Part shown: in pieces, positions 26,181-34,801 of the stretch
How the letters are laid out: each line of letters opens with the position of its first letter
Position numbering within the stretch: position 1 is the first letter of the stretch
Virus record (IMG/VR): IMGVR_UViG_3300010381_000010
Span: 1 to 49,997 of that record
Source: a virus
Lineage: Duplodnaviria > Caudoviricetes
Reading direction: 5' to 3' (one strand)
DNA: 49,997 nucleotides
Program-made: the position numbers and the translations under genes
Notes under the pieces: generated by a model
Databases searched by the model: none
The model's input: the letters and a program-made list of their open reading frames with translations, nothing else
What the model was told of the DNA's origin: nothing

Positions 26181-28378
26181 GCCATCCTCCGCATCGGTTG
26201 CGGCATCTGTTGTCCGCCGGGAATGACCGGGGGCTGCATGCGCACCATTGGATTATTGGATTGCGGCCCGGGCCCACCCTGCCCTTGGGGCAATCCGGCA
26301 GGACCGGCCTGCGGGGGCTGCCCCGGAGGGAGAGCGCCTTGCCCCTGCATGGCCTGAGGATTGACCAGAAGGCCGGCCATCTGGGCGAGCTGGGCCAGAA
26401 GCTGGGCCGGATTTATGTTGCTGGCCTTGGCCTGCTGTAGAAACTGCTGCAGGGCCATCTGGGCCTGAGCCTGGGCCTGCTGGGCTTGCTGCTCCTGCTG
26501 GTGCTGCTGAATCTCGTCATCCCCGAGAATGACGTCCTCTGGCACGTCGGCGTTGGCGGCAAACTCCTTGAGGAACTTTGGCCAGTCGACCATCTGAGCC
26601 AGCTCAGGGTCCTGCCCAACCTGCTGCCGGAAAGTGGCCAGTATCTGTGCCCGCGACTCCTTGACCTGAGCCCCGGCCGTGCCCTTGACGACAACCTGCA
26701 TGTCGCCCTTGATGTTCGGGTCGGGGTTGAACTGCATATTCCAGTTGTACAGGGCGGTGATCAGCGGGATGGTCACCTGGTCGTCGAATTTCTTGATTTG
26801 CTCGGTAGTCCCGGTGTTGCTCCGATTGGCCAGGATGGATGCTTCAGTGGCCGTTTGCTTACCCTGAGGGTCGGCGCTGTCCTGGCGTGGGACATTAGAA
26901 ACCTCGTCAAAATAGCTGGTCGAAATCTTCAGGACCGCCTCTACGTCCTGTGTCTGTGATGGCACCTGGATCACACGCACAGCCGGCGAATCGTCCATGT
27001 CAGGGTCGCCGTCGCGCAACCACACCTTCCAGGGGCGCAAGTCGGTGGGATCCTCGCCGGACCGGATCAGGCGTCGGTTGACCTCGAACTGGGGTCCGGC
27101 CGCCATGGCCGTGTTGTCCACGATCAGACGAACGCTGGCGTTGGTGAGTTCTTGAAGCTGCCGTGTCCTGGTCGAAATGCCCTCTCCGAAAATCGAGGTC
27201 TCATCTTTGTCGTTGTAGTAGAAGAAGTACGGCAGGGTAGACCCTTCGAGCGGATTGAGGTCGGCCTTTATGATCCTGTCTCCCAGCAAAAAGACATTGG
27301 CCCAGAAGTCCTTGATGAGATCATCCTCGGGGATATCAAGCCCAACGCCTTGGAGCTCTTCGCCGGAGACCAGCCCCCAAAACTCGAGCAACTCAAACTT
27401 GCGTTCGCGCTTCGGCTGATTCTCCCGATCCTGCGACATGGAATTGAGTTCTGTCTCATAGGTCTTGTAGGTGTCCGCATCGCCTTCAGGATGCTCCTTG
27501 ACGTAGGCCTTGATGACCTCTTCATCGAAATCGTCGCGCTTGCTCAAATCAAGAAGATCGGTCTTGATCATGATCTTGCGCTGAAAGATGTACTGCGCAT
27601 CTTCCAAGCAAGTTGCGCTCATATCCGGATAGATATCCCAGACAGGAACGTATTCTATGTACGGAGTCAGCTTGACCTTCGGCGTCTGCACAACGACAGT
27701 CGATCCGTCAGAGAGCTGCTTCTGTTGCGTTTCAATCTCAGGGTCCAGATTCCAGGTCTGGTCATCCTGACTCAGCGTCCATCGCTTGACGACTTCCTGG
27801 TAGACCAACGGGCCCTTGACCACGCCGGTGCCGAAGAGATTCCCTGACTTGATGGCCGACCGGATGACGTCGGCATAGCGCCGGCCGCGGTTCTCGGAGA
27901 GCTGGTCTTCGATCTCCCGCGCCATGTTTTCGCTGCGCTGCTTGGCCATATCTTGCACAGCAGCGTTGACGACTTCCGGAGGTGGCTTTCCTCCCTGAGA
28001 AAAGAACTTCTGCGCCAACATCACCTTGTCGTTATAGGGGATGTCCGCCTCGGGCGTCGGCTCGATGGACCAGTTTGTGTCCTTGTTGCCAAGCAGGCCG
28101 GCCATCATCATACGCGTGAGCGTCTCGACCTTGATGCGCGTGAGCTGCAGGTAGACCTTGCTGCGGTTCTTATCGATTCGGCGCTCGATCTCAGGATCGT
28201 ACTGGCCCTTATACTGCCGCAAATCGGCCAGCCAACGCTGTTCGACTTCTTGCCTGGCCTTCTCGGCCACCTTGAATTTCTCGCGCAACGTGGCGCCAAG
28301 AGACTGCTTGGCAGAGACGTCAGGAGATGGGGTCTCCGGTGGAAAATTGGTATTGGCGCTGGCTTCAGGCAGCATCAT
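26177..28378 (-). CDS. Portal protein
   Basis: 733 aa; E.RWL.DLRQY.GQY, GTGV.KGP, WD.YPDM.A, E.LE.WG, SIFGEG, W.MQFN....IKGD; Q/P-rich C-terminal tail. Confidence 0.85.
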   Translation of the reverse strand: MMLPEASANTNFPPETPSPDVSAKQSLGATLREKFKVAEKARQEVEQRWLADLRQYKGQYDPEIERRIDKNRSKVYLQLTRIKVETLTRMMMAGLLGNKDTNWSIEPTPEADIPYNDKVMLAQKFFSQGGKPPPEVVNAAVQDMAKQRSENMAREIEDQLSENRGRRYADVIRSAIKSGNLFGTGVVKGPLVYQEVVKRWTLSQDDQTWNLDPEIETQQKQLSDGSTVVVQTPKVKLTPYIEYVPVWDIYPDMSATCLEDAQYIFQRKIMIKTDLLDLSKRDDFDEEVIKAYVKEHPEGDADTYKTYETELNSMSQDRENQPKRERKFELLEFWGLVSGEELQGVGLDIPEDDLIKDFWANVFLLGDRIIKADLNPLEGSTLPYFFYYNDKDETSIFGEGISTRTRQLQELTNASVRLIVDNTAMAAGPQFEVNRRLIRSGEDPTDLRPWKVWLRDGDPDMDDSPAVRVIQVPSQTQDVEAVLKISTSYFDEVSNVPRQDSADPQGKQTATEASILANRSNTGTTEQIKKFDDQVTIPLITALYNWNMQFNPDPNIKGDMQVVVKGTAGAQVKESRAQILATFRQQVGQDPELAQMVDWPKFLKEFAANADVPEDVILGDDEIQQHQQEQQAQQAQAQAQMALQQFLQQAKASNINPAQLLAQLAQMAGLLVNPQAMQGQGALPPGQPPQAGPAGLPQGQGGPGPQSNNPMVRMQPPVIPGGQQMPQPMRRMA

Positions 28379-28644
28379 TGACCCCGGCGGATAGCCTCTC
28401 GGATGTAAGTCACGCCCTCTTCGATGCGGGCCAGTTTGTTGGCTGAATCACTGATCTGTCTGGACTGATCGCGGTCGCTGGTCTCAATCACAGCGAGGCG
28501 ATGCTCGAAGTCGGCTTGGCGCTGCTGCAGTACGCCGTAGCTGTAGGCGGCGACCCACACGTTGACAACGATGGTCGAAAGAACGGTGAGCGCCATCCCA
28601 ACCCAGGGCGCGAGGCCCTTGTACCTGCGAAGCACTTCGCCCAT
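28375..28644 (-). CDS. Membrane protein (single TM plus coiled coil); holin/antiholin- or spanin-like
   Basis: TM WVGMALTVLSTIVVNVWVAAY followed by a heptad segment; end of the lysis cassette. Confidence 0.6.
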   Translation of the reverse strand: MGEVLRRYKGLAPWVGMALTVLSTIVVNVWVAAYSYGVLQQRQADFEHRLAVIETSDRDQSRQISDSANKLARIEEGVTYIREAIRRGQ

Positions 28645-29192
28645 CAGGCTCCAACCTCCACGGATTCACAGGCTGCCGTGTAGGGAGCCAACGTCACTTC
28701 ATGACCAAGCGCCTGTCGAAGCTCGCCGGGAGTCATGGCCTCAGACTGGGGTGGTAGCACGCCAGCGTTTGTGAGCAGATATTGCGCTGTCTCGCTGCAA
28801 AACCCGCGCTTCATATTGAGTGCGACACGCTTTCGGATATTGGCGAACAGGCTCGGGTAGTCGTAGCCGATCCGGGAGCCGATCATGCGCAAAGACATGG
28901 CCGTAATTGCTTGTTGCTGTCGTTCCGTGATGCTCGGCATTTGGATGTGGACCATCCCGTCGTAGTTGCTGATCTGTTTGGAGAGCCGCGTCAGGACGGG
29001 GCCATCTTCCAGCGCCTCAATGCAAAAAACCGTATTGGGGCAATCGTTGAGGCGCAGTACCATGGCGGTATGACTGCCGCCTGGCGCAAAAAATTTGATG
29101 GCCCGAGAAAGGGGGCTATCCCCATCATAGGTCACCACGTGCCCAGACACGAGTTGCGGACGGATGGTGTCGTATGTGTAGAGAGCCCCCAT
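28644..29192 (-). CDS. Permuted papain-like NlpC/P60 (YiiX-like) enzyme
   Basis: His before Cys: SHTAM...IEA...GYDY...FCSE...MTPGEL. Confidence 0.75.
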   Translation of the reverse strand: MGALYTYDTIRPQLVSGHVVTYDGDSPLSRAIKFFAPGGSHTAMVLRLNDCPNTVFCIEALEDGPVLTRLSKQISNYDGMVHIQMPSITERQQQAITAMSLRMIGSRIGYDYPSLFANIRKRVALNMKRGFCSETAQYLLTNAGVLPPQSEAMTPGELRQALGHEVTLAPYTAACESVEVGA

Positions 29193-29196
29193 CTTC

Positions 29197-29559
29197 TTAG
29201 CTCCCGCTCACCAACGCTTGCAGGGCGATGGGTCCCAGCACGGACACGGCCGTGGTGATGAGCGACCGCGCCACGTCCCACGAATCCTGACTGGCATTCG
29301 GCAGGCTGGCCTTGAACGCGGCGGCTGCCGCCTGGGCCTTGTCCAACACACTCTGGGCAGTGGCGATTTTGTCCGGGTCACCCGTCGCCTTGGCGTCCTC
29401 CAGGGCCTTCTGGAGCGTAGTCACCGAGCTTTCCAGGTAGTCGACGCCGGCCTGAGCCTGGGCCAGAGTGATGGTCGAGCCAGAGCCGGTCTGGCTGGCG
29501 CAGCCGAGGGCGCCCATACACAGGGCGAGAATGCAGACGATAGCGATGATTTTACGCAT
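29197..29559 (-). CDS. Lipoprotein, spanin candidate
   Basis: MRKIIAIVCILALCMGALGC lipobox, helical body, hydrophobic C-terminus. Confidence 0.65.
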   Translation of the reverse strand: MRKIIAIVCILALCMGALGCASQTGSGSTITLAQAQAGVDYLESSVTTLQKALEDAKATGDPDKIATAQSVLDKAQAAAAAFKASLPNASQDSWDVARSLITTAVSVLGPIALQALVSGS

Positions 29560-29785
29560 TGGACTTGCCTCCGATTCGCTTTTTGGCCCGCACGCGGCCG
29601 ACGATGGCGGCAATGCCACCCGCAACTGCGCTACCGGCCGACGCGAGCGGCACAATCAGATCCACCATGTGCGCCTGTTCGTCGGCGGTCAGCGTCACCC
29701 CCCAGACCGCCCCGGCGATGCCGGCCGCAGCGGCGACGATGCCGCCCCAGACACCGCGAGACATCCACCAACGCTTATCCTCCAT
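29552..29785 (-). CDS. Holin-like membrane protein
   Basis: MEDKRWWMSRGVWGGIVA..., two TM segments, basic C-terminus GRVRAKKRI. Confidence 0.75.
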   Translation of the reverse strand: MEDKRWWMSRGVWGGIVAAAAGIAGAVWGVTLTADEQAHMVDLIVPLASAGSAVAGGIAAIVGRVRAKKRIGGKSNA

Positions 29786-29945
29786 TGTGAGACTCCCTGC
29801 GCCGCAACTCCTCGCGGCTGGTTTTTCCCGGACACTCTGCATCGGCCAGGGACGCGGCCATGCACTGAATTGGCCCGGGGCCGACGATGCGCCAGGCGCA
29901 GTCCCGGCAGTCGCCGCGCTGTTGGGCGGCGTGGATGGTGGTCAC
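29775..29945 (-). CDS. Small 4-Cys protein (56 aa), absent from the ORF track
   Basis: GTG overlaps the endolysin TGA; ...CRDCAW...QC...ECPGK; fills the gap to the holin. Confidence 0.45.
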   Translation of the reverse strand: MTTIHAAQQRGDCRDCAWRIVGPGPIQCMAASLADAECPGKTSREELRRRESHNGG

Positions 29946-30385
29946 GCGAGCCCCCAGGCCTTGCGTGCGGACTGAGCGGCCTCGTGAATCAATTCAGGTA
30001 GGTAGTGGTCGAGGGGACAGCTGTTGCCACCGTTTTCCTGGCGACAAAACGCCGGCAAAAACGTTTCCAGATTGGCGGTCAGGGAAACGTCTTCCTCACG
30101 ACCGAAACCCGTCCAGTCTGAGAGGTTACGTTGATATTCGCCCGTCTGGTTTTCGTGAGGAGGCGCGTATCGGTGCACGGCCTCATTGATGGTACGGATT
30201 CCATGCTTGCGCTCGTAGGAGATGAGCGTCATTGCTAAGGCCCTGAGGCCGTCAAAATCCGTTCGGAAACCAGCGAACCGGCCCGGTCGGTCAAGCTCGC
30301 CTTGCCAAAGCTGCCCCTTGGGCAGCTTGGAGATGTTTCCGGGATTGTGCCACCGCATTGCAGCGGTCAGCGTCGGCTTGCTCAT
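29942..30385 (-). CDS. Putative endolysin (NPGN lysozyme-like family)
   Basis: RWHNPGNI...W.G...FA.F....G.RAL...L.SY....I.TI....RYAPP.EN.T..Y; first gene of the lysis cassette. Confidence 0.7.
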   Translation of the reverse strand: MSKPTLTAAMRWHNPGNISKLPKGQLWQGELDRPGRFAGFRTDFDGLRALAMTLISYERKHGIRTINEAVHRYAPPHENQTGEYQRNLSDWTGFGREEDVSLTANLETFLPAFCRQENGGNSCPLDHYLPELIHEAAQSARKAWGLA

Positions 30386-30425
30386 ACGGCCCCCTCACCC
30401 GGGCTCTACCGGGCTGCTGGGGACC

Positions 30426-30488
30426 ACGCTAAACCCACGTATTGGGCGAATGCAGAAATAGGCAGTTTTGGAGCCGAAATAAGCAGTT
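30426..30488 (-). promoter_or_regulatory. Putative activator-dependent late promoter with two 13-bp direct repeats
   Basis: GAAATAGGCAGTT 30455-30467 and GAAATAAGCAGTT 30476-30488 (21-bp period); candidate -10 TAGCGT at 30426-30431. Confidence 0.55.
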
Positions 30489-30493
30489 ATCGA

Positions 30494-30715
30494 CTATTGA
30501 CAGGATTTTACGTGCTTGCGTTCTTGCTCCTCCAGCCACTTGTCAACCGATGCCGGCCGAGCCTTCCATGGACCCTTGCCGCCCTTGCGCCATGCCGGTA
30601 GCCCCTCGTTCTCGACCAGAGAGGGGATATCGTTTCGGTTCTCACCGATGGCCTTGGCGATGGCTGCGGCACCCTTGAGGAGCAATGCCGGCATCTTCTC
30701 TTGCTCTTCCGGCAT
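30494..30715 (-). CDS. Small HTH (excisionase/MerR-like) DNA-binding protein, probable late regulator
   Basis: GA.AIA.AIG....I..LV..EGLPAW......W.A....V..WL. Confidence 0.7.
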   Translation of the reverse strand: MPEEQEKMPALLLKGAAAIAKAIGENRNDIPSLVENEGLPAWRKGGKGPWKARPASVDKWLEEQERKHVKSCQ

Positions 30716-30716
30716 C

Positions 30717-31349
30717 TCAGTACCCCACCGAGCTCGGTGCTCCCTTGTGCGCCCGTTCGATAAATTCCCCAGGCTGCGACAGGTCGGCAGCCGTCACAGC
30801 AGCCAAACAGGCCAGGGCCAGGGGCTGCAGATCATCTTCCTCCCACCCCGGGACCAGCAGAGGGCCAACGGCCGCCGGGATCAACGATCCTTGCCCGAAG
30901 TGCAACGTCTTCTCCCCCTTGACCCTGTCCAGAAGCAGCCTGACCCGGGCGAGCAATCCTTCGCTCCCTGGCGTCATGGGTGGCGTCCAGACGCGCAGCC
31001 GTGGCTTGCGGCGCAGGTCCAGATCATCGTTGTGGGCGTTGACCCTGATTTTGGCCAACATGCCCAGTTCGCCATGAAACACCAGTGCCCCAAAATCGTC
31101 TTGCGCGAAATCCATGGTATCCATGAGCGCCTCGGGCCGCTCAGTCGTATGCTCGAGTAGCACATGCAGGTGATGGCGAAGAAAGGCCGGATCGCGGTCG
31201 CGCTCCTCGGAAAGAAGCACCATCGCACCGGGCCTGGCTTCTGTCGGCCAAGCCACGCCAGCCAGGATGCGGCGGTAATCACAATCCAGATCAGTGTCAT
31301 GGAGATATTGAGCGCCGGTAGCCCAGTCCTTGAGAATTTTTATTCTCAT
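30717..31349 (-). CDS. Hypothetical protein coupled to terL
   Basis: 210 aa, ATGA overlap with the terL stop. Confidence 0.7.
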   Translation of the reverse strand: MRIKILKDWATGAQYLHDTDLDCDYRRILAGVAWPTEARPGAMVLLSEERDRDPAFLRHHLHVLLEHTTERPEALMDTMDFAQDDFGALVFHGELGMLAKIRVNAHNDDLDLRRKPRLRVWTPPMTPGSEGLLARVRLLLDRVKGEKTLHFGQGSLIPAAVGPLLVPGWEEDDLQPLALACLAAVTAADLSQPGEFIERAHKGAPSSVGY

Positions 31350-32797
31350 GACAGATCAACCCCCTGTCTCTGTTTCGTGTCGTACAAGACGCGATACCGC
31401 ACGGCGTCGGCCTCATGGTCCTCAGACTCGGTGTCGATGTCGTCGGTCTTGAATTTGTCCCTGGGCAGGACAGGCAGCGTCCGGACGAAGTGAACGCAGT
31501 GGTCGAACGCGAAAATCCCAGGCTCATCCATGGGGTGCTTGAGGCTGGCTTTGAGCAGCTTGCGTAACCGCTGCCAGCCGTTGACGCGGCTCCCTGGCCG
31601 CTTGTCTGATCGAGCCCAGGTCACGCCGGCAGCCTCCATGTCCCGGGCGATGGAGTTGCCGTTGGCCACGTCGAAAATCGAGTTGTCGGCCGGTCCTGGG
31701 AGAACAGGGCCGACTATCCGTCCAGCAGCAGTCAGTTCGGCTTGGCGATCCACGATGCCCTTGGCAATATCGGTCGCCAGCATCCGGCAACCCTCATTCG
31801 GCTTGCCAGACCAGCCGTACCACTCGTCGATCAGGATCAGCGTGCCCCGGGGCGGGCACCATATCGTCCCGTCCACCAGTGTTGCCTCTGTTCCATCAGC
31901 CTCAGCCCACCAGCAGACCGAAAATGGCTTGCTGTCGCCCCAGTCGAATGAACGATCGATGACCCAGCCAACGGGGATGTCGAAAGCGGGGATGATCTGC
32001 TTATCCCGACACCAGACGTCATCGAACATGCCACCAGCAACGATGTCCCAGTCGCCGGCCAGCATGGCCCGGACAAGCATCGTGTCGCCCAGGCCCATGA
32101 GTCTGGACTCATAGTCCGGATCGTTCTCAGACATGGTCGGATTGTCGGAGAGCAGGGCCGGGATGAATTGCCGGCGCAGGCCGCCCTCGTCTTTGGGCAT
32201 GTCCGTGATGGTCATGGGCGGGGCGATGTCGATGAAGGATCCTTTGACCCACGTATGCCCGATGCCTCCCGGGTTGCTGGCACTCGCCACGCGAGGCAAA
32301 AAAGGCTTGAACTTTTTGGGAACACTGAGACCGCCAAGGCGAACACGGCCCCGCAGATAGCGATAAATCGACTCAGTAAAATGGGTCAGCTCATCAATGA
32401 GCAGAACGTGAAACTCAGCCCCCTGATACTTGATTTTGTCCTGCTCGTATTGGCAGTGCCGGAGATGGATGGCGCTTCCGTTGGCGAAGTAAATGGACAT
32501 CTTGCCGTAGTTGATAGTGGCCGTACCCTCCTCAAGAAGAGGAGCCAGGAGCGAAGGGAATCCGGTCGGCCCCTCAATGTGGTTTAGCACCATGTCCACG
32601 GACAGGCGACGAAACAGGTAGACCTGGATGCCCGGGACCATGTCGCACCACCAGATGGCGGCCACACGCAGAAAATGGCTCTTTCCAGGGCCAGCTGCGC
32701 CACCGAAAAGAAGCTCAGTTGCCGGCGTCTCCAGCGCAAGCTTTTGCTTTGGATGCAGCGAGAGTTCCAGCAAGACGTCGCCATGCGCATGACTCAC
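31346..32797 (-). CDS. terL: Terminase large subunit
   Basis: Walker A GGAAGPGKS, Walker B LLIDELTHF, SNPGGIGH, DNP, nuclease SFDWG and EDHEADAVRY. Confidence 0.93.
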   Translation of the reverse strand: MSHAHGDVLLELSLHPKQKLALETPATELLFGGAAGPGKSHFLRVAAIWWCDMVPGIQVYLFRRLSVDMVLNHIEGPTGFPSLLAPLLEEGTATINYGKMSIYFANGSAIHLRHCQYEQDKIKYQGAEFHVLLIDELTHFTESIYRYLRGRVRLGGLSVPKKFKPFLPRVASASNPGGIGHTWVKGSFIDIAPPMTITDMPKDEGGLRRQFIPALLSDNPTMSENDPDYESRLMGLGDTMLVRAMLAGDWDIVAGGMFDDVWCRDKQIIPAFDIPVGWVIDRSFDWGDSKPFSVCWWAEADGTEATLVDGTIWCPPRGTLILIDEWYGWSGKPNEGCRMLATDIAKGIVDRQAELTAAGRIVGPVLPGPADNSIFDVANGNSIARDMEAAGVTWARSDKRPGSRVNGWQRLRKLLKASLKHPMDEPGIFAFDHCVHFVRTLPVLPRDKFKTDDIDTESEDHEADAVRYRVLYDTKQRQGVDLS

Positions 32798-33321
32798 TGC
32801 GAAATCTCCATGGCCGCGGCCAGGACACCACCTGGAGTCGGTTCCGACTTGACGATGACGGCCACTTTAACTTGACGCCCAGGCTTATCCGCCTCTCCCC
32901 CCGTCTGCACCGGCGTCATCGGGACCTCGAGCCCCCAGGCCTTGCGTTCTCCCTCCTGCATGATCTTGAGCGTCTCGGCCGTGATCTTGACCTGCTTTCG
33001 ATCGTCGAACGTCTTTGCCTTGCCGAGCTTCTTGCGCAGGTCCTCCCATTCCTGCCGGTGCTGCAGGACCACACCCACCCGGCGGTCAGCCTCCAGGCCA
33101 AGCGCTGCGGCCTTTTTTTGGGGGTTGCTACCTGCTACCACCCCTGCCACTTTTTCGGTGACCATGCGGTCCAAAACAGGCCTGACATCCTGCGACCAGC
33201 CTTCGGCAGTTATGTGCTTTTGGACAGCCCCTCGAGAGCACCCATGACGCTTGGAGAGTTCGTTTTGGCTCGCCCCGGCTTCGTACTCGGCCCTGATCTT
33301 TTCCCAGTCGAAACGACTCAC
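32794..33321 (-). CDS. terS: Terminase small subunit
   Basis: DWEKIRAEYEAG.S..ELS..HG.SRGAV.K....EGW HTH; ERKAWGL; GTGA overlap. Confidence 0.75.
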   Translation of the reverse strand: MSRFDWEKIRAEYEAGASQNELSKRHGCSRGAVQKHITAEGWSQDVRPVLDRMVTEKVAGVVAGSNPQKKAAALGLEADRRVGVVLQHRQEWEDLRKKLGKAKTFDDRKQVKITAETLKIMQEGERKAWGLEVPMTPVQTGGEADKPGRQVKVAVIVKSEPTPGGVLAAAMEISQ

Positions 33322-33824
33322 GCCTGAACCCCCAGATATTCGCAGATCACCCGCCACGCCGCGTCAGCGCCTACGCACACCTCCGCGCAATAACCCTCGG
33401 CTCTTGCGGCTTCGATCCACTCCTTTTGCTGGTCGCTTGCGTGGCCTCCCTGGGCCTTCATTTCGATATAGAGGCCATGGAACCCACCCCGCGAGACGGA
33501 AAGAAAAAGATCGCTTACGCCTGACTTGACCCCTTCCGCCTTGAGTTTGGCCGCCGTAGCCTTGTAGCGATGCCCACCGTTTGGAATGGCGAAAAGCATG
33601 TTTAATGCCGGCACGCTCGGGGCCAGCGCTTCGGCCCTGGCTATCACAAGGGCCTGCTCGTCATGCTCCGACCGCTTGGCCGGCTTCGGTCGCTTGGGAG
33701 TTGTTGCCTTTTTGGAAACAAGCGAGATAGGGCGCACGCCTATTTTGGCCTTCTCACGTTCGAGCCATGACTTGAGACCACCAGCGGCCCGAATTTCGGA
33801 AATGTCGACGCGCGCCCCGGGCAT
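33318..33824 (-). CDS. VRR-NUC domain nuclease
   Basis: SEHDEQ, FAIPNGG.R, GV.SGV.DL, LYIEMK...G..S..QKEW. Confidence 0.9.
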   Translation of the reverse strand: MPGARVDISEIRAAGGLKSWLEREKAKIGVRPISLVSKKATTPKRPKPAKRSEHDEQALVIARAEALAPSVPALNMLFAIPNGGHRYKATAAKLKAEGVKSGVSDLFLSVSRGGFHGLYIEMKAQGGHASDQQKEWIEAARAEGYCAEVCVGADAAWRVICEYLGVQA

Positions 33825-33825
33825 G

Positions 33826-34236
33826 CTACTGCTTCGCCTCGGTTTCCGGCTTCTGACGCCGCTCCCACAACTTCATCTCCCGCATCTTCTTGCGGCGCTC
33901 CCGCTGCAGGGACTTGCAAGCCAGGGGGGTGCCCTTCTTGTAGCCGTACTTGGCTCGATATTCCTCGGGCGTGAGGCCGTGGGAGGCCAAATGCTTCTTG
34001 GTCAGGATCTTGAACGACTTTCCGCATTCGAGGCAGACGATGGAGGACTCCTTGATGGCTTTGGCCTGGTCCATCAAGGGCGGCTGTTCTTCTATCGGGG
34101 CCGGGCCTTCGATACTCATGATGCCGGCCGTGACCTTGGCGATCATGCCGGTTATTTCATCCTCGTTCATGGTGCGCACGCTCGCCTGGGCCTTAACGAT
34201 CTCCAGGGCCTCTTTCATCGCTTCGTACCGATCCAT
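33826..34236 (-). CDS. mucR: MucR/Ros family transcriptional regulator
   Basis: AI.ESSIVCLECGKSFKILTKKHLASHGLTPEEYRAKYG. Confidence 0.9.
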   Translation of the reverse strand: MDRYEAMKEALEIVKAQASVRTMNEDEITGMIAKVTAGIMSIEGPAPIEEQPPLMDQAKAIKESSIVCLECGKSFKILTKKHLASHGLTPEEYRAKYGYKKGTPLACKSLQRERRKKMREMKLWERRQKPETEAKQ

Positions 34237-34253
34237 TTTGTCCTCCTGCCGGC

Positions 34254-34445
34254 CTAGGCCGGGTTGCTGGTTCGCTCGAGATTATCCAGCCGGACGCATT
34301 CCCATGCCCGGCCGGGCCATTGGCATTCGGAAACCTGGGAGAGCGGTTTTGGCTTATCGGCCTTCCCCTCCCAGTAGAGCTTGCCGCGGCACACGCCGCC
34401 AGTGGCGCAACGGATGCCGGGGTGGTCGTCGCAGGGGCGGGTCAT
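34254..34445 (-). CDS. Small Cys-rich hypothetical protein
   Basis: 63 aa, ATGA coupling. Confidence 0.45.
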   Translation of the reverse strand: MTRPCDDHPGIRCATGGVCRGKLYWEGKADKPKPLSQVSECQWPGRAWECVRLDNLERTSNPA

Positions 34446-34801
34446 GCCACCACCCGTTTACCGCGGCAAACCTCGTCAAGGATGCGGCGGACGCCGGCGC
34501 GGTTTATCGCAAACTGCGCTTCCAGATCCTCCTCCCCAGGTGGTAGCGGGCTACGCTCAGGCTCACTCGGAGCGACCTGATCGGCCACGATCAAATCACG
34601 GGTGGTCGGGACAAAATTCGAGCGCCGGCGATGCTCATCAACGGCCGCCAGAAAACGTCGGTTCGTCCATGGGGCGAGGTCCTTAGCTAAAATATCCGCA
34701 CACCCGTCAAGTTCGGTCGGCAGGAGCCGCAGATGCGGGGAGAGCCGCATGTTGCATTCTCCCAGTGCTGTGCGGATCATTGCCCAATCCAGTCTGTTCA
34801 T
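34442..34801 (-). CDS. Replication-associated protein (helicase loader/inhibitor-like)
   Basis: Follows the initiator; DL......F..AV..HRR.S.F.PT..DL. Confidence 0.55.
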   Translation of the reverse strand: MNRLDWAMIRTALGECNMRLSPHLRLLPTELDGCADILAKDLAPWTNRRFLAAVDEHRRRSNFVPTTRDLIVADQVAPSEPERSPLPPGEEDLEAQFAINRAGVRRILDEVCRGKRVVA

